This document shows positions 1-8,935 of a DNA stretch of 64,000 nucleotides, piece after piece (the first letter of the stretch is position 1; the number at the start of each line of letters is the position of its first letter). Location: the NCBI GenBank assembly GCA_043817155.1, contig JBDRHE010000069.1, positions 3,244 to 67,243 of the forward strand. Reading direction: 5' to 3'. Made by a program: the position numbers and the translations under genes. Source of the stretch: Candidatus Omnitrophota bacterium (lineage in GTDB: Bacteria; Omnitrophota; Gorgyraeia; JABMRN01; RBG-13-46-9). The notes below the pieces were generated by a model, which was not told where the DNA came from, did no database searches, and saw nothing but the letters and a program-made list of their open reading frames with translations.

Positions 1-683
1 TCCTGCAAATACTTATCGCTGAAACCTTTCAAATCTATGTTGGCCGCATCCATAACGCCCGCAAGCTTAAGAAGCGGCTCTCGATTTATGAATCCTCCCG
101 TGACCCAAACGTTCTTTATGTTGCGCTCTTTTGCTATCCTGGAGGTATCATACATGTATTCATAGAATACCGTTGGCTCGGAATATGTGTAGGCTATTGA
201 GCGGCAATTCTGCTTTTCAGCTATCCTTACCACCTCTTCAGGGGGTAGATATTTGGAACTTACGTTCTCGGGAAATTCCTGCGAGATCTGCCAGTTCTGG
301 CAAAATTTACAGCGCAGATTGCATCCGGCAGTCGCGATGCTAAAGGCCGATGAGCCGGGCAACATATGGTAGATGGGTTTCTTCTCTATAGGGTCTACGT
401 GAACCGAGCATGGAAAACCATATACGAATGTATACAGCTTTCCGTCTTTAGGCTCACGGACCCTGCAGAAACTCCTTTGTCCATCCTTAAGGGCGCATTC
501 ATGCGGGCAGAGCGTGCACTGGACAATATCACCGGTGATCTTCTTGTAATATGAGGCCTCTTTATCGTATCCGAGAGCGGCAAGTGACTCCCCGCTACTT
601 AAAAGCTTGCCCGCAAAGCGCGCCGTGGCGAGCGCCGCGCAAACTACCGCGCCTTTCCTGATGAAATCTCTTCTCGTAAGCAT
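1..683 (-). CDS. amrS: AmmeMemoRadiSam-system radical SAM enzyme (AmrS-like), N-terminal part only; gene continues past the window start
   Basis: Not in the ORF track because it runs off the edge. Manual minus-strand translation from the ATG at 681-683 gives MLTRRDFIRKGAVVCAALATA...CTLCPHECALKDGQRSFC...HVDPIEKKPIYHMLPGSSAFSIATAGCNLRCKFCQNWQIS. The CxxxCxxC radical-SAM motif followed by QNW, plus the upstream Cys-rich region, is typical of AmrS/PflA-like activases. The N-terminus looks Tat-like (RRDFIRKG). Confidence 0.55.
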   Translation of the reverse strand, partial: MLTRRDFIRKGAVVCAALATARFAGKLLSSGESLAALGYDKEASYYKKITGDIVQCTLCPHECALKDGQRSFCRVREPKDGKLYTFVYGFPCSVHVDPIEKKPIYHMLPGSSAFSIATAGCNLRCKFCQNWQISQEFPENVSSKYLPPEEVVRIAEKQNCRSIAYTYSEPTVFYEYMYDTSRIAKERNIKNVWVTGGFINREPLLKLAGVMDAANIDLKGFSDKYLQ

Positions 684-721
684 TGTCTTTCACACCCCGT
701 ATCAGTATATCATGTGTGCAT

Positions 722-770
722 AAAAAAAGACAGAACCCCACAATGTGAAAATTCTGTCTTTTTATTATCG
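722..770. terminator. Bidirectional intrinsic terminator hairpin (AGACAGAA..TTCTGTCT) with A-tract and T-tract on either side
   Basis: Inverted repeat aaaaaaagacagaa..ttctgtcttttt read directly. It lies downstream of the minus-strand gene 783..1142. Confidence 0.5.
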
Positions 771-782
771 GCGTATAGTATC

Positions 783-1142
783 TTAATCTACGCTTATATC
801 AGCTTGTACCAGCGGTCCTCTTTCCGGCATTAGAGGTGCTGTAACAACATCCGATATGCCTGAAACGGTTCTAGCCATTGCCTTCAGCGTCCCCTGGAAC
901 GTGCCTACTGCCAAACCCCAAAAAGGATTCCTTGTCTCTTTGGTAAGGTCTGCAACCTTCTTCGGAATTTCCGTCCAACCGAAAAGGATGTTCTTCGTTC
1001 CGCGCGCAGCTTTTGCTCCCACATCAGTACGATGTTTTGCGATCGCTGCGCTCGTAGTAGCTGTATCCGCAGCATAAGAAATGATAGTAGTGCTTACGAA
1101 AACTAATAGTATCACGACGCATGCAACAAACTTATTCATCAC
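783..1142 (-). CDS. Small secreted protein, exosortase-system-associated TIGR04073-like family
   Basis: Signal peptide, ~120 aa, motif NILFGWTEIPKK (GWxExP-type) characteristic of this family. A paralog sits at 6044..6373. Confidence 0.5.
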   Translation of the reverse strand: MMNKFVACVVILLVFVSTTIISYAADTATTSAAIAKHRTDVGAKAARGTKNILFGWTEIPKKVADLTKETRNPFWGLAVGTFQGTLKAMARTVSGISDVVTAPLMPERGPLVQADISVD

Positions 1143-1253
1143 TCACCCCCCCCTTTTTTTTAATATTGCAAAAACGCAAAAAATACAGCTTGTTACGCCT
1201 TATTGGGTTTTAGCGTTTTTGCTTAATCTATTAAGATAAAGTCTATCACAAAG

Positions 1254-2990
1254 TTACGGTTTTGTCAAATTATCCGGGACAATCTCTGCAACATTTACGG
1301 CAGGTTCATTACGCTTGATCACCGGCTCTTCTTTAGCTGATCTCTCCTTTATCCAGTCGCTTACACTCTGCAAAACCTCTTTATCCGTCTTATAGTATTC
1401 GATCCTGCCTCTTTCGTTCTCTATCGCTCCCAGGAAGCGGCCAAGATTCCTAAAATAGAGCGTCTTATTGCCTTTTATATCAGGATTCTTCAGTCCCTTA
1501 TCCATATTACCTATAATTTCTTTAGAGGCAGTCTCATCAAATTTGCCGTAAATAATGAGAACCGGAAAGCCCGGGCCACCGGTCGCCTGAAGGGGCTTAA
1601 AGTGAGTCAGTTCCCGCATCCTTTTAACGGGCATAATCTTCCCCTGAACGATCGAGTGATCTTGCTTTGTCGTATTAACCATATTCATAGTCTCGCTCTT
1701 CATATGTTCAAGCCTTTCGGTAAATCCGGGATCGAACGCCGCGATCATCTTCACCTTCTCACTCAGATATCCATCGTTAAGATCGACAAGCGGCGCGGGA
1801 CGAGTCGCGTTCAGCATTACGGCGCCCCTTATCGGGTGATCTGTAAAATCTATCCCCAAAAGATAAAGACAAGCGTCTTTGTGCGCAACAATAAATATCT
1901 TATCCGCATCTACTTTCTTATTCTGGGCCAGAAAACTTAGGGCGCTTTTATAGTCTGTAATGTCGTCTGTAATGCCTACCGATGCGCTCTCCCCTTGAGA
2001 TTGACCTATGCCCCTTCTGTCGTAACGGAGCGTAATAAAACCCCGGCCGGCCAGGTCGTCGCTTAAGCAGGCGAAGAGTCCGGCGTTATCCCTATCGTAA
2101 TGCCCTTCCCCGGATATCAGGACTACCGCGGGCAATTTCCCATCTTTGTTTGGTATGTCGAGTGTTCCGGCCAGCGCTATATCCCTCGACGGGATGAGAA
2201 CGCTCTTGCTATAGTACTTGTCGGTGGGTTCTTTTATGAAATTCTTTATATCTATATCGGGAAGCCCCGCAACTTCTTTTATTAGGACCCCTTCAGACTT
2301 TAATTCAAACTGAGCTATGTTTCTCCCTTTCTTGGCTACCCATATAAATCCTTCCGGTAGGTTCCTGTCTCCCAGTACAAGGACCTCTGTTTTTATCTTT
2401 CTTCCCTTCACGGTTATATACTCATCCCTGATCGAAGTAAGCACAACCTTGCCCTGCGCCGGCGGAAACAGGTCATGGTTTATGTAGAGGGCGTTAAATT
2501 TCTGTGCGCCTCCTTTATTGAAATTATATCTATCTATCAGCGTAATGTAAGTAAGTAGCGATCTTCTTTCATATACAGAGTTGTCCCCTGGGTGATCTAC
2601 ATTTGATATGGCGCCGAACTTAGCCCAGATCTTCGTGACATAATCATATGTTTCGCCTCTATTCCGTATATATATCCCCTCAGCTATAGAGCCTGAATTC
2701 TTGCATTCGCTTACGTAGCTCGCAAGCCTGAAATCATTTTTTTCAAAGACTATCTTCTCCCGGACTATTTTACACCTTATGTCCTTTGGCTTGACGGTGG
2801 TAGACTTGTATGTAACCTTATCTTCCGTTCTATACCGATCGACCTTCACATAGCCTACTTTCTCGCCTCCCATCTCCATCTCATAAATGGAGCTAAGGTG
2901 TTTTCCCTTTTCGAATAAATAGAACGTTAAGGATAGAAGTATCACAATGGCAATTATTGTAATGGCGAAGAAGGTATATATGAGTTTCAT
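1254..2990 (-). CDS. Membrane-anchored alpha/beta-hydrolase fold protein
   Basis: N-terminal TM helix. The C-terminal half has the pattern VVLISGEGHYDRDNAG..HKDAC.. consistent with an alpha/beta hydrolase or esterase. Confidence 0.5.
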   Translation of the reverse strand: MKLIYTFFAITIIAIVILLSLTFYLFEKGKHLSSIYEMEMGGEKVGYVKVDRYRTEDKVTYKSTTVKPKDIRCKIVREKIVFEKNDFRLASYVSECKNSGSIAEGIYIRNRGETYDYVTKIWAKFGAISNVDHPGDNSVYERRSLLTYITLIDRYNFNKGGAQKFNALYINHDLFPPAQGKVVLTSIRDEYITVKGRKIKTEVLVLGDRNLPEGFIWVAKKGRNIAQFELKSEGVLIKEVAGLPDIDIKNFIKEPTDKYYSKSVLIPSRDIALAGTLDIPNKDGKLPAVVLISGEGHYDRDNAGLFACLSDDLAGRGFITLRYDRRGIGQSQGESASVGITDDITDYKSALSFLAQNKKVDADKIFIVAHKDACLYLLGIDFTDHPIRGAVMLNATRPAPLVDLNDGYLSEKVKMIAAFDPGFTERLEHMKSETMNMVNTTKQDHSIVQGKIMPVKRMRELTHFKPLQATGGPGFPVLIIYGKFDETASKEIIGNMDKGLKNPDIKGNKTLYFRNLGRFLGAIENERGRIEYYKTDKEVLQSVSDWIKERSAKEEPVIKRNEPAVNVAEIVPDNLTKP

Positions 2991-3553
2991 CTTATGTCGA
3001 GCGCCTCTGTCTTATATGAAAGTTTGAGCAACATCTCATTGGCGCCCTTGGCAAGTTTAAGTCTCGATATCAGATAATTGAAGACCTCTGTGGGGCAGTT
3101 CGTAAGCTGGTGGTTAAATGATATCGAATCGCCCTTGAGCAAGAACTTCCTCGTAGTATTCCCGAATTCACCGATATTTACAAGGGATTCGGTGCCCGGT
3201 CCGATCGGGTAGAACGTGTCCACATACACCACGTGTTCGTCCGCTTCGGCGAATGATATCTTGAGCTTGAGGGAATATATTGTTTTATCGGAATTGTTCC
3301 TTATCGTACCTACCACTATCGGTTTACCCCGGAAAGCGCCGTCTGTATCCACCTGGGCGCGCAGGTTAACGATCACATATTTTCCGAAAAGTTCGCCATT
3401 CAGCTCCAATACCGACTGCCTGTAATTGCGCCTGTCATTATTGGCCTTCCACTCGATGTACGCATAGAAACTGAACATAGTAATAGCCAGGACCGATGAG
3501 ATGATGAGGGAGGAAATGAATACTACAAGAATCGTTCTAGGCTTAAATCGCAT
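2987..3553 (-). CDS. Hypothetical membrane-anchored protein
   Basis: ORF with N-terminal TM segment. 4-bp overlap with the upstream gene suggests an operon. No recognisable domain. Confidence 0.4.
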   Translation of the reverse strand: MRFKPRTILVVFISSLIISSVLAITMFSFYAYIEWKANNDRRNYRQSVLELNGELFGKYVIVNLRAQVDTDGAFRGKPIVVGTIRNNSDKTIYSLKLKISFAEADEHVVYVDTFYPIGPGTESLVNIGEFGNTTRKFLLKGDSISFNHQLTNCPTEVFNYLISRLKLAKGANEMLLKLSYKTEALDIR

Positions 3554-3558
3554 TTAAT

Positions 3559-4098
3559 TCACATCTTCTGCAGATGCTTCTTGATCTGCTCCAAATATAT
3601 CTCTCTTACAGAATTGAAATATTCTACATAACACGCCTGCCTGAAATCCATAAAAGTCCATTCGAGCGGCCGGAAGCTTCCTTTACTGAACATAAGCTCC
3701 AGCTCAGCGTATATGCCCTTATCAATGTATACCCGATGGCTCCGGTCCTTTGTCGTGAATAATACAAGTTTTGAAGGCGATATGTACCCGGGATCTATGT
3801 TTATAACCCGCGCCCCTTTAACACTCTGCCTTTCTTCAAGCACGCCTGTAAATAATTTGATCTTGTGGTTGCCTTCGAGCATGATCGGTTTCTCAAAGCT
3901 AAGGAACCTTCGCTTAAGCTTCACGCCAAACTCTTCATCATAGTAGCGCGTAAACGAAAAGTCTACAGCCTCCATCTCCATGTCAACGCGCCCGAACCTT
4001 CTCTCTAGGTGCCTTTTGGTGAATACAAAAGAAGAGGGCCTATTGGATATAAGCCCGACTATCAATTTTACAGGAATGTGCTTTACGGGACTGCCCAT
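3559..4098 (-). CDS. Conserved hypothetical protein (DUF4416-like)
   Basis: 179-aa ORF with good coding look, tightly packed in a minus-strand operon. The DUF4416 assignment is from memory only. Confidence 0.4.
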   Translation of the reverse strand: MGSPVKHIPVKLIVGLISNRPSSFVFTKRHLERRFGRVDMEMEAVDFSFTRYYDEEFGVKLKRRFLSFEKPIMLEGNHKIKLFTGVLEERQSVKGARVINIDPGYISPSKLVLFTTKDRSHRVYIDKGIYAELELMFSKGSFRPLEWTFMDFRQACYVEYFNSVREIYLEQIKKHLQKM

Positions 4099-4100
4099 GC

Positions 4101-4577
4101 TTATAAACTTTGCGGCTGCTGCTTGTATATGAAATCGAAGAGTCTCTTCTCGTCCTTCCCGTGAAAGTCGTAGAATTTTATACCGGTGCTAAAGAGCCTC
4201 TTGGAAGACCCTTCTTCACTCTCCTCTTCACACCACACAACGATACCTCGCGCCTTAATAAGATGGTTATCATCGGGTAGCCGGATCTCTAACCTGAGAG
4301 TGATATCCTTGACAAATTTCTCATCAAGAACAAGGCGAATGCCCTTGGCCGATATATCGATGGTCTTCACGCCGCTTGCGTTCCCGTTCTCAAAGTACTT
4401 TACGTCAAGAGACAAGTTCAGGCGGTCCGCTCCCCGCCTCTCACTGCCGTCCCAATACCCTTTAAGTTTGACCGCGTTTATCCTTTTGACGCGGTTCTTT
4501 CTCTCTTCAATGATGAGGGTCGAAAATACCATAATAAGAACGATGATGCAAAGTATCTCAACCAAAGGAATTATCAT
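4101..4577 (-). CDS. PilZ-domain protein with N-terminal TM helix
   Basis: RRGADRLNL..DISAKGIRL resembles the PilZ RxxxR and D/NxSxxG motifs. Confidence 0.55.
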   Translation of the reverse strand: MIIPLVEILCIIVLIMVFSTLIIEERKNRVKRINAVKLKGYWDGSERRGADRLNLSLDVKYFENGNASGVKTIDISAKGIRLVLDEKFVKDITLRLEIRLPDDNHLIKARGIVVWCEEESEEGSSKRLFSTGIKFYDFHGKDEKRLFDFIYKQQPQSL

Positions 4578-4954
4578 ACGCCTGCTTTCTTCTTTTGATC
4601 GATGTACGCCAGAAGATTTTCTCTGTCCTTAGCGCATATGTTATCGAAAAATATGGCCACATCGTAATGCACGATCTTTCCGTCTTCTATGACCGGATGC
4701 TCCCGCACTACAACGCCGTCCGTTTCGATCTTCACGGTGCCGGATGACTCTTCGCCATCCTTCTTTACCTTCGGCACGATCAGGATCACCCTGATGCGCG
4801 ACATGATCGCCACTTCCTTCTCTACTTTACAATAGACGCCTGAGGCGGAGATATCGAGGCTCTTTGTAATGATATCAACTCCCCCGGACTTTACTTTAAG
4901 CGAAATGCCCCCGTCCTGCAATCGAGGGTATTCTCTCTTTTCTCCTTTAGACAT
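4574..4954 (-). CDS. PilZ-domain protein
   Basis: REYPRL..DISASGVYC motifs. 4-bp overlap with the downstream PilZ gene. Confidence 0.5.
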   Translation of the reverse strand: MSKGEKREYPRLQDGGISLKVKSGGVDIITKSLDISASGVYCKVEKEVAIMSRIRVILIVPKVKKDGEESSGTVKIETDGVVVREHPVIEDGKIVHYDVAIFFDNICAKDRENLLAYIDQKKKAGV

Positions 4955-4985
4955 ATGAAATCCCCCTTATATTAAGTGTAAATCG

Positions 4986-5330
4986 TTATCCCGGCGGCCA
5001 TGCGAATTTCCTGCCACCCAAAAGGTGCATGTGCAAATGGAAGACCTCCTGACCCGCATCCCTGTTACAGTTAAAGACGAGCCTATAACCAGACTCTTCT
5101 ATACCCGCCTCTCTCGCTAATCTCTTTGCGGCAACCACTAGCCTTCCCGCAAGTAGCGCATCCTCATCCTCAATATCGGCGACTCTCTCTATATGCTTCC
5201 TCGGGACCAAAACTATATGAGTCGGAGCTTTTCCGTTTATATCACGGAACGCGACGATCTCATCATCCGTATAAACAATATCCGCTTTTACATCCCCTTT
5301 TGCTATTTTGCAGAATATGCATTCGCTCAT
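4986..5330 (-). CDS. HIT-family (histidine triad) nucleotide hydrolase
   Basis: Histidine-triad motif HLHMHLLGG near the C-terminus. Size 114 aa fits the Hint branch. Confidence 0.8.
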   Translation of the reverse strand: MSECIFCKIAKGDVKADIVYTDDEIVAFRDINGKAPTHIVLVPRKHIERVADIEDEDALLAGRLVVAAKRLAREAGIEESGYRLVFNCNRDAGQEVFHLHMHLLGGRKFAWPPG

Positions 5331-5537
5331 TGCATATAATTATAAGACTTATTGATCGCGTTTGCAATGATAATTTGGAATTATTGGTTTGGTTGGGGCG
5401 GGCGATTAGAAAGCAAATAGCCGGGAATTGATCCCCGGCTATGATGATCTGGCTCTATTGCAGATCTATGAAACGGCATTACATGCCTATAGATAAACCT
5501 CTCCCATTCTTCAACCTTTTACGGTCACGGGCAGGAT

Positions 5538-5933
5538 CTATTTCTCTTCGGCCTTCTTCCCGGACGCTTCAGCTTTGGACTTCTTCCAGCAACGCTTACC
5601 GCAGAAGAACTTACCATCCCTATAGAACCACTGCTTCTTTATGCTTTTGTTGCAAACACCGCACTCCCTTGGTCGATCTGCCTTGCTGACAGGCTTCATG
5701 TCGGGTTTCTTCGGCTTTTCGGGAGCTACTTCTGCTCCTTCTGTCTTGGGAGTCTCCTTGACTTCGGCAGCCTTCTCCTCCTTGACTTCTTCAGTGGCAG
5801 GAGCCGCCTCTTCAGCGATAAGCTCATCTTTCTTTTCCGGTACCTGGTTCTTCTCCTCTTTTGGAGCGTCCGCGCCTTTGCCCTGCTCTACTGAGCCGGA
5901 ACTCTCTTCATTTATCTCTTTATTTTCTTCCAT
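5538..5933 (-). CDS. Acidic Lys/Glu-rich low-complexity protein with C-terminal Cys4 zinc-ribbon
   Basis: C-terminus CGVCNKSIKKQWFYRDGKFFCGKRCW. The rest is a biased E/K/A repeat. Confidence 0.4.
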   Translation of the reverse strand: MEENKEINEESSGSVEQGKGADAPKEEKNQVPEKKDELIAEEAAPATEEVKEEKAAEVKETPKTEGAEVAPEKPKKPDMKPVSKADRPRECGVCNKSIKKQWFYRDGKFFCGKRCWKKSKAEASGKKAEEK

Positions 5934-5974
5934 AATTTTTAATCTAGCTTTTTTGCTTTCCAGACTTCCTCTAA

Positions 5975-6016
5975 GACAAAAAAGAGGAATAGACTAAATT
6001 CCATTCCTCTTTTTTG
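5975..6016. terminator. Intrinsic terminator hairpin (AAGAGGAAT..ATTCCTCTT) with flanking A- and T-tracts
   Basis: Read directly. It lies downstream of minus-strand gene 6044..6373. Confidence 0.5.
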
Positions 6017-6043
6017 TTCTCTTCAAAAGAAGTCTATCAGAGT

Positions 6044-6373
6044 TTACTTTGCGCTAAATACATATTCCGGTTCTAACACAGGCGCGTAATCTTCAGGGAT
6101 CGGGAACGGGAACGTAATGGTTTCATATACGCCCGCGCCGGTTCTTACGATCGCCATTCCAACGCCTTTTGCCAAGCCTATCGTTAAACCTGAAAATATA
6201 TTATCTTCTACGCTAGTGTCATAAATATTCTTCGGGATTTCCACCCAACCTGTTAGTATGTTAGCAAGACCTCGACCGACTTTTGTAGCCGGGCCTTCAG
6301 CAAAACATGCCGTTGTCAAACACAGTGCTGTCATAAGTACTACAGATATTATAATTCCTTTCTTCATTCTCAA
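6044..6373 (-). CDS. Small secreted protein, exosortase-system-associated TIGR04073-like family (paralog of 783..1142)
   Basis: Signal peptide and motif NILTGWVEIPKN. Confidence 0.5.
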   Translation of the reverse strand: MRMKKGIIISVVLMTALCLTTACFAEGPATKVGRGLANILTGWVEIPKNIYDTSVEDNIFSGLTIGLAKGVGMAIVRTGAGVYETITFPFPIPEDYAPVLEPEYVFSAK

Positions 6374-6464
6374 ATCACCTCCTTTTCTATTTTTTTAAAT
6401 ATTTTATTTCGTCTTCTCTTTTGCCTATGAAGTATATCATAATTAAAAATCTTTGTCAACCCCG

Positions 6465-6845
6465 TTAGGAATTATTATCGTCCCTGTGCTCATCGATGAT
6501 CTTGCAGATCCTTTTCTTGCCCTCCTCATCCAGATCGACAAATTCTATTCCTGTATCGTGGTGTATCACATCCTGCCGTACCGCATCGTGTTTTTTAACT
6601 ACCCAGACTATGGTACCGTTACATTTTATGTTATTTGGCAGGCCGTTTGCAAGATCTATCTCGAGGTTAACACCCTGAAATAAGCCCAAGTCCTCATCGA
6701 TGATAGCGCATATACCCCCGACCCCGATATTTTCCGTATAGGTGCATATCGTTTTCGAAGAGTCCCTGGTTCCTATTGATATGAGGCATTTATAGCGTAT
6801 TCTAGGAAATTGCCTTCTGTTGATTCCGTCCCACATAGGAGACAA
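6465..6845 (-). CDS. PilZ-domain protein
   Basis: RRQFPRIRY .. NIGVGGICA motifs. Confidence 0.5.
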   Translation of the reverse strand: MSPMWDGINRRQFPRIRYKCLISIGTRDSSKTICTYTENIGVGGICAIIDEDLGLFQGVNLEIDLANGLPNNIKCNGTIVWVVKKHDAVRQDVIHHDTGIEFVDLDEEGKKRICKIIDEHRDDNNS

Positions 6846-6907
6846 GTATATATAAGAACCTTATGAAATGCAAGCGATTTCTCAAAAAATTTCGGTGAAA
6901 TTTCACA

Positions 6908-6957
6908 CCTGCCTGCCGGCCCGCCTGTCTTTTCAGGCAATCGGGCAGGCAGGCAGG
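6908..6957. repeat. Solitary copy of the GC-rich hairpin module (CCTGCCTGCC..GGCAGGCAGG)
   Basis: Same module as 9069-9132, 12637-12700 and 24524-24587. Here it sits alone in the divergent pilZ/exeA promoter region. Confidence 0.6.
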
Positions 6958-7018
6958 GATTCTGTTGAGACACCTAACTCATTGATTACACAGATTATAT
7001 GATATCAGCAATTTCCTT

Positions 7019-7047
7019 TTGACAAAAGAGACTTTTGCTAATATAAT
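7019..7047 (+). promoter_or_regulatory. Consensus sigma70-type promoter: TTGACA, 17-nt spacer, TATAAT
   Basis: ttgaca at 7019-7024 and tataat at 7042-7047 with an exact 17-nt spacer, upstream of exeA-like. The ORF-track start at 7019 (TTG) overlaps the -35 box, so it is not the real start. Confidence 0.5.
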
Positions 7048-7147
7048 CATTAAAAGTACGCTGGACTTCGCTCTGAAGGATGAAAGCGAAAGATCGATCC
7101 TTCACAGCTGCGTCCCGGCAAGCAGGGACATAAAAAAGCGAGTAAAC

Positions 7148-7975
7148 ATGTACAGAGGATATTACGGTTTAAAAGAGCACCCCTTCAATGTAACGAGCGA
7201 CCCCAGCTTCCTCTATTTTGGAAAAACGCACAGGGAAGCCCTCTCTCAGATACTATACGGCATAAATGAGCGCAAAGGCTTCCTCGAGATCACAGGTGAA
7301 GTCGGCGCCGGGAAGACAACGCTCTGTAAAGCGCTACTCAGCAGGTTGGATGAGAGCACGAAGACCGCTTTCATACTTAACTCAAATCTCTCCGGAGCCC
7401 AGCTGCTGGAGGCGATCGTTGAAGATTTCGGCCTTCATCCTACGCGTCTGACCAAGATAGCCCTGATGCGACAACTCAATAATTTCCTGCTGGAAGAACT
7501 AAGAAAGAATTGCAACGTAGTGCTTATTCTCGACGAAGCGCAGAATCTGAGCATACAGAATCTCGAAGAGATAAGGCTCCTTTCCAATCTTGAAACCGAC
7601 AAGGAGAAGCTCTTCCAGATCATACTGGTCGGTCAACCGGAACTCAGGCGTAAATTGAATTCTCATGCGCTTCTCCAGCTGCGCCAGCGTATCGGCGTCA
7701 GGTTCCACGTAAGTCCCCTTGAAAGAGGAGAGATCGGTATGTATATATCGCACCGCCTGAGCGTTGCCGGGGCGGATCTCAGCAGGCTTAGCTTCTCCGA
7801 GGATGCCATCGATATCATCTTCCGTTATTCTGGCGGTGTCCCGCGCCTTATAAACGTCGTATGCGACAAAGCGCTTCTTACGGGCTTCGTTCTTGAAAAG
7901 TGGACCATAGACGAATGCATTATCGATAAGAGCATACGAGAGATCGAAGGGAAACCTGCAGAACTTGCTGTATGA
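7148..7975 (+). CDS. exeA: ExeA/GspA-like AAA ATPase (secretion-associated, PEP-CTERM-locus type)
   Basis: Canonical ExeA N-terminus MYRGYYGLKEHPF at the internal Met. Walker A GEVGAGKTTLCKAL. The start is corrected from 7019 to 7148. Confidence 0.7.
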   Translation: MYRGYYGLKEHPFNVTSDPSFLYFGKTHREALSQILYGINERKGFLEITGEVGAGKTTLCKALLSRLDESTKTAFILNSNLSGAQLLEAIVEDFGLHPTRLTKIALMRQLNNFLLEELRKNCNVVLILDEAQNLSIQNLEEIRLLSNLETDKEKLFQIILVGQPELRRKLNSHALLQLRQRIGVRFHVSPLERGEIGMYISHRLSVAGADLSRLSFSEDAIDIIFRYSGGVPRLINVVCDKALLTGFVLEKWTIDECIIDKSIREIEGKPAELAV

Positions 7976-8508
7976 GCATTATAGCGGAAGCATTAAAAAA
8001 GGCGCAGCGCGAATCTTCGGGTGTCAAAAAACCGAGAATGCGCGTCAACGTGCAAGAGCCGATCGCAATAAAAAAGAAGAGCGTTTTTCGCTTCATCACG
8101 CTGGCGGTCTCCGTTCTCCTCTTACTCATCTTAGCCGGGATCTCGTTCTATCGATTGAATCAGAACAGCGCTTTAATAAGATCCAAATTAAGCTTCCTCG
8201 TCAGAGAAATACCGTCCACGGATGATGAAAGCAAAGAAACTCGTGGCTCTCGCCGCGCAGAAAGAAAAGATGAGCCCGTGAGGGGTACTGTGCCCACGCC
8301 AAAGAATGTGGATCCAATCGACAAAACCGATCTTCCGCTCGATCTTAACGGGATCATGTACACGCCCAATATGCCCCTTGTTATACTGAACGGTAGAGTG
8401 CTTGCTAAAGACAATACGATAGAAGGCTATACCGTATCGGAAATAGGAAAAGACTTTGTGAAGCTTAAGCTAGGCAATGAGGAGTTTGAACTCAGGCTTG
8501 GGCGGTAG
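7972..8508 (+). CDS. GspB/ExeB-like membrane protein (partner of ExeA)
   Basis: ATGA overlap with exeA. One TM helix. C-terminal LDLNGIMYTPNMPLVILNGRVLAKDNTIEGYTVSEI resembles the T2SS protein B C-terminal domain. Confidence 0.45.
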   Translation: MSIIAEALKKAQRESSGVKKPRMRVNVQEPIAIKKKSVFRFITLAVSVLLLLILAGISFYRLNQNSALIRSKLSFLVREIPSTDDESKETRGSRRAERKDEPVRGTVPTPKNVDPIDKTDLPLDLNGIMYTPNMPLVILNGRVLAKDNTIEGYTVSEIGKDFVKLKLGNEEFELRLGR

Positions 8509-8935
8509 CGAGGGCCTCTCTTACTTCAGGATATATCTTTATCGGCTTGCCATTCTTATCAGTAAAGACATGAGTGCTCTCTCCTGTCGCTACTAAAGAA
8601 GTATCCCTGAAAATATTATACGAGAAGACCATGCTCGAATTCCTTATTTTTGGAATATGCGTTTCGATCGTAATGAGATCATCGTAAGTAACGGGTAACT
8701 TATAGGCGCAGTTTACAGAAACGACCATCAGCCTTACCCCGTTCTTCTCTTCAAGGTCCCTATATGAGAGACCCCTCTGCCTGAATAGTTCCGTCCTTCC
8801 GATCTCGAACCAGACAAGATACTTGGAATAGTACACGACCCCCATCCTGTCCGTCTCTTCATAGCGTACCCTTATGTTCGTTTTATTAATACTCATTCTA
8901 GCACTTGCGTCATTTTCTTCGTCTTTGCGAGGCAC
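8492..8935 (-). CDS. YbgC/4-hydroxybenzoyl-CoA thioesterase family (hotdog fold) acyl-CoA thioesterase
   Basis: RYEETDRMGVVYYSKYLVWFEIGRTELF matches the 4HBT/YbgC active-site region. Confidence 0.75.
   Translation of the reverse strand: MPRKDEENDASARMSINKTNIRVRYEETDRMGVVYYSKYLVWFEIGRTELFRQRGLSYRDLEEKNGVRLMVVSVNCAYKLPVTYDDLITIETHIPKIRNSSMVFSYNIFRDTSLVATGESTHVFTDKNGKPIKIYPEVREALATAQA

Noticed and set aside
1602-1940. Numerous 60-160-aa plus-strand ORFs inside long minus-strand genes (for example 1602..1940, 16140..16457, 19384..19851, 44435..44863, 46022..46402)
   Set aside because: They are antisense to well-supported genes with strong domain evidence, and have biased Ser/Leu/Arg-rich composition typical of shadow ORFs.
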